DNA of 64,000 nt, from positions 32,001 to 96,000 of IMG/VR virus record IMGVR_UViG_3300040801_003693, one strand, 5' to 3'. Positions 9,220 to 18,792 of the stretch are shown here, in pieces. The notes under the pieces were generated by a model. It was given only the letters and a program-made list of their open reading frames with translations. It searched no databases and had not been told where the DNA came from. Origin of the DNA: a virus. Positions within the stretch are counted from its first letter, which is position 1. Each line of letters starts with the position of its first letter. Made by a program: the position numbers and the translations under genes.

Positions 9220-10125
9220 TTACATATTATCTAAATCACTTTCTTCCTCCGTTAATTCATTAAATAAAGACTGTATCTCTGCATCAATATATTCTATTTT
9301 TATATTTGATTCAAAGTTATTTAAATCAAGTTCTCTTGAAGATTCAATTACAGTTTCTTCTTCCTCTATTTCTAATCTCCTTTTTAGATGGTCTGTAACT
9401 TTTACTTTATTGACATAATCATTTGATTCTTCTACAACTCTTCCTTTCATTCTGTCCATAACAGAGCTAGGTCTATCTACCTTATGGATATAATCATCCC
9501 CCGGAGAGACAAGCTTTATTGCATATATCTCTGGTTTAGATATAAATACAGTAAATGCTTGGGTTGTTTTACCGTTTGCTAGTGGAATAGTTTTTAGTTC
9601 TCCTACACCTTTTGAAGAATCCGCAGATTTTACAACCATCATTTGAATCTGTAACTTCTTACGAGCAGTTACATACTCGTAAAATTTACGCCACAGATTT
9701 CCTTCTCCTTGAACGGTAGTTTTTTCTATGCCTAACATTTCTCTAATTAGAGGGGCAGAAAGATTAAACTTCCAGTTAATTGGAATCCCATGTAGCTCAG
9801 AATTATGGGATTCTAAGTTTCTAGAGATATCATCAAATTCTGTTAGTTCAATTTTTCCTTCTGAGTTGGGTTGTATTCCCCATCCTCTCCAAGAAGTTAG
9901 GAATGGAGTTTGAATTCCCGCTTTTCCTGATTTAGTTATAAACCCATTGTTTACAGTAACGGTTGTCCCACCAGTACTAGACGACTTTTGCTCCGGTCCT
10001 GATAATGATAAGGTCAGTACAAATCCGTTCTCTTTCACCCAGGAGCGATCGCACTCTTGTGTAAGGTCAACTAAGTTGTTAAAAATTTCTTGTAAAGACC
10101 ATTTACCGTTCTTTGAAATAGCCAT
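9220..10125 (-). CDS. hypothetical protein, paralog of 2695..3864
   Basis: start reassigned to ATG 10125 because the array hairpin and GAGGG RBS lie at 10131-10173. Confidence 0.7.
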   Translation of the reverse strand: MAISKNGKWSLQEIFNNLVDLTQECDRSWVKENGFVLTLSLSGPEQKSSSTGGTTVTVNNGFITKSGKAGIQTPFLTSWRGWGIQPNSEGKIELTEFDDISRNLESHNSELHGIPINWKFNLSAPLIREMLGIEKTTVQGEGNLWRKFYEYVTARKKLQIQMMVVKSADSSKGVGELKTIPLANGKTTQAFTVFISKPEIYAIKLVSPGDDYIHKVDRPSSVMDRMKGRVVEESNDYVNKVKVTDHLKRRLEIEEEETVIESSRELDLNNFESNIKIEYIDAEIQSLFNELTEEESDLDNM

Positions 10126-10465
10126 AGTATATCCCTCTTTTTTATTTGCTCTAGACTTGTCAAATAAAAAGGGAACGGATTTTATGTTTGTCTTCATAAT
10201 AAAAACTATCTGGGTAGCAGCGTTATCTGTCGCTGTATTAATAAGTAATTTATTTGTTAGTCTTTTATACTTGTTTTTTGTAACAAAGAACAACTAGCAA
10301 TATTACTTAAATATTTTTATTATTTACTCAGATAATTTTATTCCTGTGTATGTATACTTAAGTATGTATACTTTTTATGTATTTTAAACTTCAATATTTA
10401 AGTAGGGGTATAGAATACTTATGGAACGAATTATTTTATACCTCACTCACATTATATTAAATTTT

Positions 10466-10915
10466 CTATATAAAAGAATAAGCCCAAAGGAGTATATTTA
10501 GTTCGTTTGCACGTAATAGTTTTGGGTCTATGTAAGCTTGCGAACAAGATCTCATCTCTACTCTTTCTGCGTGTTCTCCTCCTAAGTAAACACATATATT
10601 TTTACCTTCAGCTTTTGCAAAATTTATTTTACCGCAAGCATCTTCTCCAAAAGGAGATTTGCTTTTATACGAAGATGGTAAATAACAACTTACTACCCAA
10701 TTTGCTTCATCAGCAGCAAATCTAAATTGCTCAAAGTCTTCATGATGAATAAAGACCATTACTCCTATCTCCCCCGTCTCTAAATTTTTTACTCCTAGTT
10801 CACAATATTCTTTCCCCTTGGCAGGATAAAAATATTTACCTACCACTACTTGAAACTTTTTAATTTCTGAAGTTACATTGATGCGATTGTTTTTGATCTC
10901 GTTAAATAATTTCAT
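10466..10915 (-). CDS. hypothetical protein
   Basis: 149 aa, preceded by the array element. Confidence 0.7.
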   Translation of the reverse strand: MKLFNEIKNNRINVTSEIKKFQVVVGKYFYPAKGKEYCELGVKNLETGEIGVMVFIHHEDFEQFRFAADEANWVVSCYLPSSYKSKSPFGEDACGKINFAKAEGKNICVYLGGEHAERVEMRSCSQAYIDPKLLRANELNILLWAYSFI

Positions 10916-10978
10916 TTCTTTTCTTTGTATTATTTGTACAAAGAAAAAGGGGAGACATTGCCCCCTAATTAATATAAA

Positions 10979-11464
10979 TTAGATATCTAAATATTTTTCA
11001 ATTTGATAATCTTTTTTTAAACAATATTCATTTTTCATCACATCTTGAATTAGTTCTGACATTAAATAAATATTATTCTGATTGCTGAATGCTTGAGCTT
11101 CTTCTAACCACAAACTTTTCTTATAATTACTCTCAATAAAAGGAGTTATTTCTTGCGAAGAAAAAGTTATCTTTTTGTTGTTTCTTAAGAGAAAGTATTG
11201 GAATGCATGAATTAATTCATGCAGAAAAGTTGAGTATGAAGGTCTACGATATAAAAATATCGTCCCAATATAGTCCTCAAACTTTTCCCAGTTTTGAATA
11301 AACTTACCGTTTAAGTTATTTTTAATATAACTAGTATTAATTTTTATTCTAAACTGATAATTTGTTAAATAATAAATATCAGCTAGCAAGTTTATCTCAT
11401 CCTTATTTAAACATCTACAATCCAAAGAAATATGTACAAAATCTAAAGAATGTTCGTTAGCCAT
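10979..11464 (-). CDS. HExxH zincin-like metallopeptidase (family C)
   Basis: TFLHELIHAFQ...EEAQA. Confidence 0.65.
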   Translation of the reverse strand: MANEHSLDFVHISLDCRCLNKDEINLLADIYYLTNYQFRIKINTSYIKNNLNGKFIQNWEKFEDYIGTIFLYRRPSYSTFLHELIHAFQYFLLRNNKKITFSSQEITPFIESNYKKSLWLEEAQAFSNQNNIYLMSELIQDVMKNEYCLKKDYQIEKYLDI

Positions 11465-11535
11465 GTTAAATCCTTTTGTATTTTGGTTACAAAAGAAAAG
11501 GGGGCAATGCCCCCAGTAATACTGTTAAACTTTCC

Positions 11536-12396
11536 TTAACTTTCTATTTGTTTCTGGATAGAACTTCTAAACTGCAATGGTATACTATCCAAATGTTTTG
11601 TGGCTAATTCTTTGGCAAAATCTAAATCAATGTTATTTTGCCTACAATATTTTTGTATTGGTTTGTCATGATATTCTTTGACAATTCTAGAATTATAGGA
11701 TAACGCTTTACCATTACCTACTGTTCCTAAATACAAAGCTACAAAATCATTTTTTCTGTTTGGTTTTCCAGACAATCTAAAAGCCCAAGATTGTTTGGGA
11801 TATAGTAAATTGTATTTTGGAATTTTACTGTAGACATCTGGTCGAGGTTGATTCATTGCTAACCTAGCATAACAAGGGTCTATATTCAAAGACTTGAAAT
11901 CCTTTTTAAATTCTTTTGAATTTATATTTCTACTTATATCAAAAGCTCTTACTCCTCCGGGGGTAAGATATACTTTCCATAAACTATTATGTTGTTTTGT
12001 ATAAGCAATAAGTCTTTTGTAAACATCCCCAACATTCTTGATTGTGATGCTAGTTGGATGATGAGTGTCTTCTGGAAAATCCCAGTCTCCCATTGGAATA
12101 GAAGAAGTAGAAACAAACTCTACAAATTTACCTTTTGGTAATCCACATATTTCTTCCCCTACCCGTTTTCTGCTTGGTATCCATTCTACTCTGTATATTA
12201 CTCCGGGTTCCAATAACTTTCTTGGAACTGCTACATCGGCAGGTGTTAAAAAATGATTAAATTTGATACTATTTTTTATTTTATATTTTCTATTTTCGTA
12301 AATGTGTTGAGATAATGAATAAGCGGTGTTTATAACCTTGTGGTCAAGATTGTTGTTTATGATTTGGTTCGCATTAATTAAAAAGTTGTAGCTCAT
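11536..12396 (-). CDS. hypothetical protein, possibly a derived AEP/primase-like fold
   Basis: start at ATG 12396 after the array element; motifs VYLTPGGVR, DPCY, FRLSGKP; fold call is tentative. Confidence 0.55.
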   Translation of the reverse strand: MSYNFLINANQIINNNLDHKVINTAYSLSQHIYENRKYKIKNSIKFNHFLTPADVAVPRKLLEPGVIYRVEWIPSRKRVGEEICGLPKGKFVEFVSTSSIPMGDWDFPEDTHHPTSITIKNVGDVYKRLIAYTKQHNSLWKVYLTPGGVRAFDISRNINSKEFKKDFKSLNIDPCYARLAMNQPRPDVYSKIPKYNLLYPKQSWAFRLSGKPNRKNDFVALYLGTVGNGKALSYNSRIVKEYHDKPIQKYCRQNNIDLDFAKELATKHLDSIPLQFRSSIQKQIES

Positions 12397-12458
12397 GGCT
12401 TTTTCTTTGTATTGTTTAGTACAAAGAAAAAGGGGCATAAGCCCCCAATAGAAATTAA

Positions 12459-12824
12459 TTACAGCAATTCTATTACTGAATACTTGTTGTTCATAACCAG
12501 TAACCAAGATGGATGTGATTGCAAACTTTTCATAAACCAATCTCTAACTTTTTCCCATCCAGGGAAGTAAGATAGGTTTTCACTTATCTCCCAGTATTTA
12601 TGTATTTCATACCATGAGTATCCTATCAAACCTAACTGAAAGGATATTATAAGAATCTCTTCCCCCGGAGAGACACCTAGTTTGGTATAGATATGTGTAG
12701 CATCATGAACTTCTTCGCTACGCAGTTTTGTTTTATCCCAGTCATACTGAGCATCTAATCCATTGCGATCGCGAAACTGTTTAGCTAATTTTGCAACGTG
12801 TTTCTTTGCTTGACGATTATTCAT
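12459..12824 (-). CDS. Coq4-like HDxxH-x11-E protein (family A)
   Basis: HDATH-IYTKLGVSPGE-E. Confidence 0.6.
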   Translation of the reverse strand: MNNRQAKKHVAKLAKQFRDRNGLDAQYDWDKTKLRSEEVHDATHIYTKLGVSPGEEILIISFQLGLIGYSWYEIHKYWEISENLSYFPGWEKVRDWFMKSLQSHPSWLLVMNNKYSVIELL

Positions 12825-13048
12825 TTAAATTTCTCCTTAGTTGGAAGTGAGTCAACTAAGAAGAAAAAAGGGAGTATGAATAAATCAACTATCTATACGC
12901 ACAATCATTATTATTTTTCATCTTCAAACTCATTATTCCATCTGAACAAAATCTTATTTTATAATTCTTCATTATTTTTCCTTTTTGAGTTGAGTACCTT
13001 CTAAAGCTAAAAGGGAGTATTCTTTTAGCAGAAACGTTGGGCTTGACT

Positions 13049-13549
13049 TCAACAGAAACAGACCTTATTGCTTATCCTTTTTCTAAACAAATTGCTAATA
13101 TTTTTAAAGAAGTTGTCAGCTACTTCTACTACAGGTAATTCAATGTTGCCTATCAATACCATTCTCTCCCAGGAGGAAAGAACTAATCCAAGAAAGCTTT
13201 TGAATAAAGCTATAACATAATCTATATTATGTTCGTTGCTATATGCTTGAGCTTCTATTTCCCAATTACGTTTGTTGTAGTAGTTTTTAATCTCCTTGGT
13301 TATTTTTCCTTTGATGTTTAATTCTATACCCAGATTTTTATCTAAGTAATCTTGAAGTGCGTGTATTGCTTCATGAACAAATGTTGTCCAGGAAGTTTTC
13401 TTTTTGAGGATTATACTTTTAATTGAATGATCGTAACAGCCTTGGATTCTTTTATCTTTCATTACTATATCTTTCCACTCTACTGATACACCTATTTTGC
13501 GTACTAGTTTTAGCAAGGTATTTAGTTTTGTTTTAGGTAAATTTTTCAT
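13049..13549 (-). CDS. HExxH zincin-like metallopeptidase (family C)
   Basis: GCYD...TFVHEAIHALQ...EIEAQA; start reassigned to ATG 13549. Confidence 0.7.
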   Translation of the reverse strand: MKNLPKTKLNTLLKLVRKIGVSVEWKDIVMKDKRIQGCYDHSIKSIILKKKTSWTTFVHEAIHALQDYLDKNLGIELNIKGKITKEIKNYYNKRNWEIEAQAYSNEHNIDYVIALFKSFLGLVLSSWERMVLIGNIELPVVEVADNFFKNISNLFRKRISNKVCFC

Positions 13550-13739
13550 TGTCTTTTCCTTTGTATTATTTGTACAAAGAAAAAGGGAGAAGTTTACTGG
13601 AGAGAATATCTTCCTAGTAAACTTCGGAGGAAACATATCTTAATAATTTAGAAAGAAATACCTTTGGGTTGAACGATTTACTTATAGAGAGTATTTATGT
13701 TAAGTTGGTAGGAAATAAAATATTATCTAAATAAGGATC

Positions 13740-13904
13740 ATGATTGGTTTTCTTATCTACTTAGCATTGATATTTTTATTGACTACAATTATTACTCCAA
13801 TTTGTAGTAGTACAATAGACGTTTTTTGGAAAGATATACTCATTGGAATTATTGTAGGAATAGTCTCTATTGTTGGATATTTGAAAGGAAAGGATGTTTT
13901 CTAA
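13740..13904 (+). CDS. 54-aa two-TM membrane protein (moron-like; not in ORF track)
   Basis: AAGGA RBS; MIGFLIYLALIFLLTTIITPICSSTIDVFWKDILIGIIVGIVSIVGYLKGKDVF; hairpin terminator at about 13914-13934. Confidence 0.55.
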   Translation: MIGFLIYLALIFLLTTIITPICSSTIDVFWKDILIGIIVGIVSIVGYLKGKDVF

Positions 13905-13944
13905 ATTATATATAAAAGGGGATTATCCCCTTTTATATATAATT

Positions 13945-14367
13945 TTACATTAAACAAGCTTGAACTGAACCTAGAATAGCCGTTAGTTTTTTAGATTCTT
14001 GAGTTGTACCTTGACGACACTTCTCAAATAAATCTTGAAATGAAACTGTGTTTAGTAATTCAAAAGAATAACCAGTAACAGAAACTAACATAGACTCTTC
14101 TACGTTCTTTTTCAACAAGTCAATCCAAGCCACATTTTCAGAATGCAATTCGTAGTAGTCTACAGGTTCTAATGAAGAGACTAAATAATCTACTGTAGCA
14201 GACCAAGTTGCGGACATATCACTAATGCTGAAGATTAAATTATCTCCATCCCAACGGAATGAAGATACTTCAATCGGCAATGACATATCTACTTTTATAG
14301 GTAGTCCTTCTACCATTACAGTAGTAGACAAACTATTTGCAGGATTAACAAATACTAAATCAAACAT
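13945..14367 (-). CDS. hypothetical protein (family D)
   Basis: MF.LVF.N...SLS.T..VEG.P N-terminus shared with the 15428 and 20403 genes. Confidence 0.7.
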   Translation of the reverse strand: MFDLVFVNPANSLSTTVMVEGLPIKVDMSLPIEVSSFRWDGDNLIFSISDMSATWSATVDYLVSSLEPVDYYELHSENVAWIDLLKKNVEESMLVSVTGYSFELLNTVSFQDLFEKCRQGTTQESKKLTAILGSVQACLM

Positions 14368-14443
14368 GGATTTCTCCTTTATGAATTAAAGTTCAATAAA
14401 GAAGAAAAAGGGGGAGCGATAATACTCCCCAGCTTTCATAACC

Positions 14444-14830
14444 CTAAGCTTTATATGTCATTACTTCTATATACATATCCCTGTTTCTCTTTGAAGGGTT
14501 TGAGTTGTATGTAAAATCGTTTTGATGTATTTTGCTAGAGACAAATCCTAACTTCTCATACACACTCTTTCTATAATTCTCTCCTCCATCCAGACTATGA
14601 GCCTGACAAAAGATTGAATCATATTGATTTTTTTTAATAAACTCATTCCACTTACTATAAAGAAACTTACTTATGTAATATCTTTCTTTCTTAGAAAGAT
14701 AAGGATTAAAGTCAAAACTATTGTTTACTTTAAATTGAACGGAATAAACGCCTTCGCTAACTAAAGTAAATGTAATCTCAACTATGTTTCCTAAAATATC
14801 TTTCTCAAAAGTAATTTGTTTTAAATGCAT
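14444..14830 (-). CDS. GNAT-like small protein (family B)
   Basis: FKVNNS...IFCQAHSLDGGENYRKSVYEKLGF. Confidence 0.6.
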   Translation of the reverse strand: MHLKQITFEKDILGNIVEITFTLVSEGVYSVQFKVNNSFDFNPYLSKKERYYISKFLYSKWNEFIKKNQYDSIFCQAHSLDGGENYRKSVYEKLGFVSSKIHQNDFTYNSNPSKRNRDMYIEVMTYKA

Positions 14831-14999
14831 TGCAACCCTTTTATTATTGACGAATAAACATCAATAAAAAGGGCGACATTTGACACGGGAGGCAATTTCA
14901 GGAGGAAGATTCTTCCTGAAAGGTCTGATATCCTTTTTCATTTTCTTGAATTAAACATCAAGAAAAAAGGGATTGCTCCCTTAATTCATAAATAATTAT

Positions 15000-15428
15000 T
15001 TATAGTCCACCATACACACACTCAATAGTCTCTTCTTGACAAGGAGTTCTAGGTGCGAAGGCAATAGTAAGTATTGGAAAAGTCAGTACTAATACTATTA
15101 TGAGAACCTGTAATATAAAACCTTTACTCCATATAGACTCTGGAGCATAAGTTAATATTTCAGGTTCGCTTGCCCAACCCTCAGAGGGAACTGGTTGATG
15201 ATCGACCAACTCCGGCTCTAAAAGTTGTATGAGGTACTGTAAGGTGTGAACCCATGCCTCACGACTTTCTTTATTTGGGTGTTCTATTTGGACAATCAAG
15301 TCGTTATTTTCCCAATGATATTCAACAATATCAATAGGTAAAGAGACTGGAACGTCAACAGGTACACCTTCAACAAAGATTGTGTTGGATAAGGACTTTT
15401 GGCAGTTGTTAAATACTAGTGTAAACAT
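15000..15428 (-). CDS. family D protein with C-terminal TM helix
   Basis: shared N-terminus; FILQVLIIVLVLTFPILTIAF. Confidence 0.7.
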   Translation of the reverse strand: MFTLVFNNCQKSLSNTIFVEGVPVDVPVSLPIDIVEYHWENNDLIVQIEHPNKESREAWVHTLQYLIQLLEPELVDHQPVPSEGWASEPEILTYAPESIWSKGFILQVLIIVLVLTFPILTIAFAPRTPCQEETIECVYGGL

Positions 15429-15501
15429 GAGATTTTTCCCTTGTAAAGTGCAATAAAAAAGGGAAAATAATAAAGGGTGATATTAAATCACCCTCTAAAA
15501 A

Positions 15502-15864
15502 TTAATTTAGAAGAAGCTGTACCTCTTTCCAAAACTCATCATCAAACTCAGGAAGTTTGTTTTTATTGTCTTTCCATACTTGAATGAAATGATTGTATTC
15601 TTCAACAATTAAAGCTTCTGGAAATATAATATTGTAATCAAACAACATTTGAATTCCACAATAAACTTTGTTCAATTCTTCATAGTCTTTATAACCCTGT
15701 TCTAAAAGAACAACCATTATTTCTTCTTTATAGGAAGGACCTAAATTGAAGAACACATGAACCATATCATGCTTTATTGCCTGCAATACTTTTGGAACTG
15801 ATAAGTTGTGCTTTTCCAACCACACTTTATAATCAGCAACAAAATACATAGCGTCAGTAGTCAT
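15502..15864 (-). CDS. Coq4-like HDxxH-x11-E protein (family A)
   Basis: HDMVH-VFFNLGPSYKE-E. Confidence 0.65.
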   Translation of the reverse strand: MTTDAMYFVADYKVWLEKHNLSVPKVLQAIKHDMVHVFFNLGPSYKEEIMVVLLEQGYKDYEELNKVYCGIQMLFDYNIIFPEALIVEEYNHFIQVWKDNKNKLPEFDDEFWKEVQLLLN

Positions 15865-15931
15865 TATAATTTTCCTTTGTTAGTAGAAATCAACAAAAGA
15901 AAAAAGGGAGACATTGCTCCCCCTCATTTAT

Positions 15932-16351
15932 TTATCTAAGACTGTTTAGAAACGCTTCCCTTCTTTCTACATAAAAGTTAAACTCATTGACAAATCTCCA
16001 AGGTATTTCTACCACTTTGTCATATAAAAACAGTACGTGCTTTTTGATAAACATATACTGCTCTTGAGTTAAGACTTCCCCTTTGCTTTCTATTTTATAG
16101 AAGTCATTTACATAATCATATGAAATAACATTTTCCATGCCATAATTTTGGGCGTACTCTATAAGAGATACTACTGTCTCTCCAAAAGGAGAAACACCCA
16201 TGTCGCAAAGAGTATGCATCATATCATGATACAAAAATCTATTATCCCCAGCAGGGATTTGAAGGTTATGCTTTTCAATCCAGTCGTAGTAGCACTGCAC
16301 TACTTCCAATACATCATTGTCTTTAACTAGATTAAATTTTGCGTTAGTCAT
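15932..16351 (-). CDS. Coq4-like HDxxH-x11-E protein (family A)
   Basis: HDMMH-TLCDMGVSPFG-E. Confidence 0.65.
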   Translation of the reverse strand: MTNAKFNLVKDNDVLEVVQCYYDWIEKHNLQIPAGDNRFLYHDMMHTLCDMGVSPFGETVVSLIEYAQNYGMENVISYDYVNDFYKIESKGEVLTQEQYMFIKKHVLFLYDKVVEIPWRFVNEFNFYVERREAFLNSLR

Positions 16352-16409
16352 TGCTTTTCTTGAAGATAAACATCAAGAAAAAAGGGCGACAATTAAGCCG
16401 CCTTTAAAA

Positions 16410-16829
16410 TTAAACTTTATTTAACTCTTTATGAACCTTCACCCAAAAATGTTTAGGACGATGGTGTAGATGAATCCGAATGATTGGTAAAGCATATCTA
16501 TATCTTTTGACAATAGATATGTAAACACTATTCTTCATCTCCGAGGAGGGAAAAGAAAGAATGGAGTTTAATTGTTTGTAGACCGCTTCTACAAACTCTT
16601 TACGATGAACGCTTACGCATCCATACTCAATCTCTAACTCTATAAGCCTTATAGCTACCTCTTCCTCTGGAGAAGTAGAGAACTGACTAAGAACATGATA
16701 GAAATCATGCTCTCTCAATTCTTTATTATTTGCTTTAGGCAAATCAATTTTGTTTTTACTTAACCAAACTTTATAGTCGGATACATAAGAATCAATTTGC
16801 AAGTTAGCTTGAACATCTTTAATATTCAT
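16410..16829 (-). CDS. Coq4-like HDxxH-x11-E protein (family A)
   Basis: HDFYH-VLSQFSTSPEE-E. Confidence 0.65.
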   Translation of the reverse strand: MNIKDVQANLQIDSYVSDYKVWLSKNKIDLPKANNKELREHDFYHVLSQFSTSPEEEVAIRLIELEIEYGCVSVHRKEFVEAVYKQLNSILSFPSSEMKNSVYISIVKRYRYALPIIRIHLHHRPKHFWVKVHKELNKV

Positions 16830-16904
16830 TATTGTTTTCCTTGAAGTTAAACATCAAGAAAAAAGGGTGATTATATGCCACCCTTTTAAAACACTCTCAC
16901 GTTT

Positions 16905-17441
16905 TTAATAAATACCGAAATCCTCCATTATTTTGTTTACTAAATTATGATACTTAACCAAATCGCTACCCATGATTTTATTTGTTAAATAGACTACGTG
17001 ACAATATTTATACTCTTCCCACAATATTTTGTAGGCTTTAGTAAGATCCTTTGTCTTTTTTAAGACTTCTGAAATCTGGTAGTCTAACTCCCATTCTTCA
17101 TATATGTCTAATGTGTCTGTATTGATATCGTACTCCGAACCAAGATGAATCATTTCCCCGCTAGAGGAATAGAAACTAAACCCGGCTTTTTTAAACATTC
17201 TAGTCCTTTCAACTTGTCTTTCATCTCCGGAGAAAGGTATACACTTTAAATAAGCAAAACTATTATTCATCTTAAAATCTTTAAAAGAATTTAATATAAA
17301 CCTAGTAATTGCTATTTTAGATTTTACCTCCCCCATTGAATATGACCCGTTTACTTGAACGCAGACTGTATAAGAGTTATCAAAGTTAGGTTTAAAACTT
17401 AACTTTACGTTATCGCCACAAACATTATTTAAATAAAGCAT
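16905..17441 (-). CDS. family B (GNAT-like) protein with C-terminal extension
   Basis: VQVNGS...ITRFIL...LKCIPF...RTRMFKKAGF. Confidence 0.6.
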   Translation of the reverse strand: MLYLNNVCGDNVKLSFKPNFDNSYTVCVQVNGSYSMGEVKSKIAITRFILNSFKDFKMNNSFAYLKCIPFSGDERQVERTRMFKKAGFSFYSSSGEMIHLGSEYDINTDTLDIYEEWELDYQISEVLKKTKDLTKAYKILWEEYKYCHVVYLTNKIMGSDLVKYHNLVNKIMEDFGIY

Positions 17442-17498
17442 TGTTTTTTCTTGAAATAAACATCAAGAAAAAAGGGCATAACGCCCTTATTATTAAAA

Positions 17499-17861
17499 TT
17501 ATTTTTTAGCTTTTAACTTCATCTTTATCTCCTCGGAGATGAATGCAATCTGTGTAGGCTTTTTATACTTGTATCTAAAACCCATTTTGTAATAAGCTTT
17601 TTTACGATACTCACCACCACCATCATCCTTGTGAGCCTCACAAGTAATGACATCAAAGTCAACTTCATCAATAAACAATTTCCAATGAACTAATAACCAT
17701 TTGGTAATAGCAAGCTTAGTTCTTTTTGGAATGTTTGGATTGATATCCAAACTATCATTTACTGTGAAGAATACTTCCCACACTTTCTTCTCCATCCGAA
17801 GAAAAGAGAAGTAAATGTGGTTGCCATCTATAATGGTTTCGTAATCTTTTAAATCGCACAT
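17499..17861 (-). CDS. family B (GNAT-like) protein
   Basis: FTVNDS...ITKWLL...CEAHKDDGGGEYRKKAYYKMGF; start at ATG 17861. Confidence 0.6.
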   Translation of the reverse strand: MCDLKDYETIIDGNHIYFSFLRMEKKVWEVFFTVNDSLDINPNIPKRTKLAITKWLLVHWKLFIDEVDFDVITCEAHKDDGGGEYRKKAYYKMGFRYKYKKPTQIAFISEEIKMKLKAKK

Positions 17862-17932
17862 AATCTTTTCCTTGAAAATAACTTCAAGAAAAAGAAATAA
17901 GGGTGACTTAATAATCACCTCTTATAGAAGAA

Positions 17933-18244
17933 TTATTTTCTATAACATCTAGCTATAGAATTCTCTTCTTCAAAACCTAACTTTTTATAAACCTTTTCTC
18001 TGTACTCTCCTTCTCCATCTTCTTGATAGGCATAACATCTGATAATATCAAACGTCTGATTACTTAAGAAATGTTTCCAACTAGTTAATAACCATCTTGT
18101 AATTTTAATTTTATTTAGTTTGGATATTGAAGGGTCTATATCGTAGTAACCATTTATTTTAAAATCTACAGAGTACTCTTTAGGTTGCCAGGATTCAAAA
18201 GAAAGAGATACATTTATTCCGTTGATATTAGTAGAGTAATTCAT
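17933..18244 (-). CDS. family B (GNAT-like) protein
   Basis: FKING...ITRWLL...EDGEGEYREKVYKKLGF; start at ATG 18244. Confidence 0.6.
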   Translation of the reverse strand: MNYSTNINGINVSLSFESWQPKEYSVDFKINGYYDIDPSISKLNKIKITRWLLTSWKHFLSNQTFDIIRCYAYQEDGEGEYREKVYKKLGFEEENSIARCYRK

Positions 18245-18301
18245 TGTTTTTCTTGATATAAACATCAAGAAATAAGGGCGAAATTGTCGCCCTTATTATT
18301 A

Positions 18302-18673
18302 TTAAAATACTTCTGTATAGATATTCTCTTCTTGAGAAATGAAACTCTCAGAGAAATATCCTAGATAACCTGTTCTTAAAACAGGAATAAACCCTAATTT
18401 TTTATATGCCTTTGTTCTATATTCTTTTTCTCCATCCTCTTTGTAAGGTATACAATATACCCACTCGAAGGTGTTAGAAGTAATAAAACTTTTCCAAACA
18501 TCTAACAGCCATTTGGTTATTAGATATTTATCTTTTTTAGACAAATTAGGATCTAAGTCGTGACTTCCATTAACTTTGAAATCTGCCATGTAACTATGGT
18601 TTTCGATTCCCGTTTTGAAAGTGAACACAACTTCGTTATCGTTAACAATTGTATTAAATTGAATAGTAGCCAT
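18302..18673 (-). CDS. family B (GNAT-like) protein
   Basis: FKVNGS...ITKWLL...EDGEKEYRTKAYKKLGF; start at ATG 18673. Confidence 0.6.
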   Translation of the reverse strand: MATIQFNTIVNDNEVVFTFKTGIENHSYMADFKVNGSHDLDPNLSKKDKYLITKWLLDVWKSFITSNTFEWVYCIPYKEDGEKEYRTKAYKKLGFIPVLRTGYLGYFSESFISQEENIYTEVF

Positions 18674-18792
18674 AAGAATTTCTTCTTTGTTAATAAACAT
18701 CAACAAAGAAGAAAAAAATAAGGGAGACACTTTGACACAGGGCACAGCCCGTGTCAAAGTGTCGGTCGTGACATTACTGCCACCCTAAAGTA

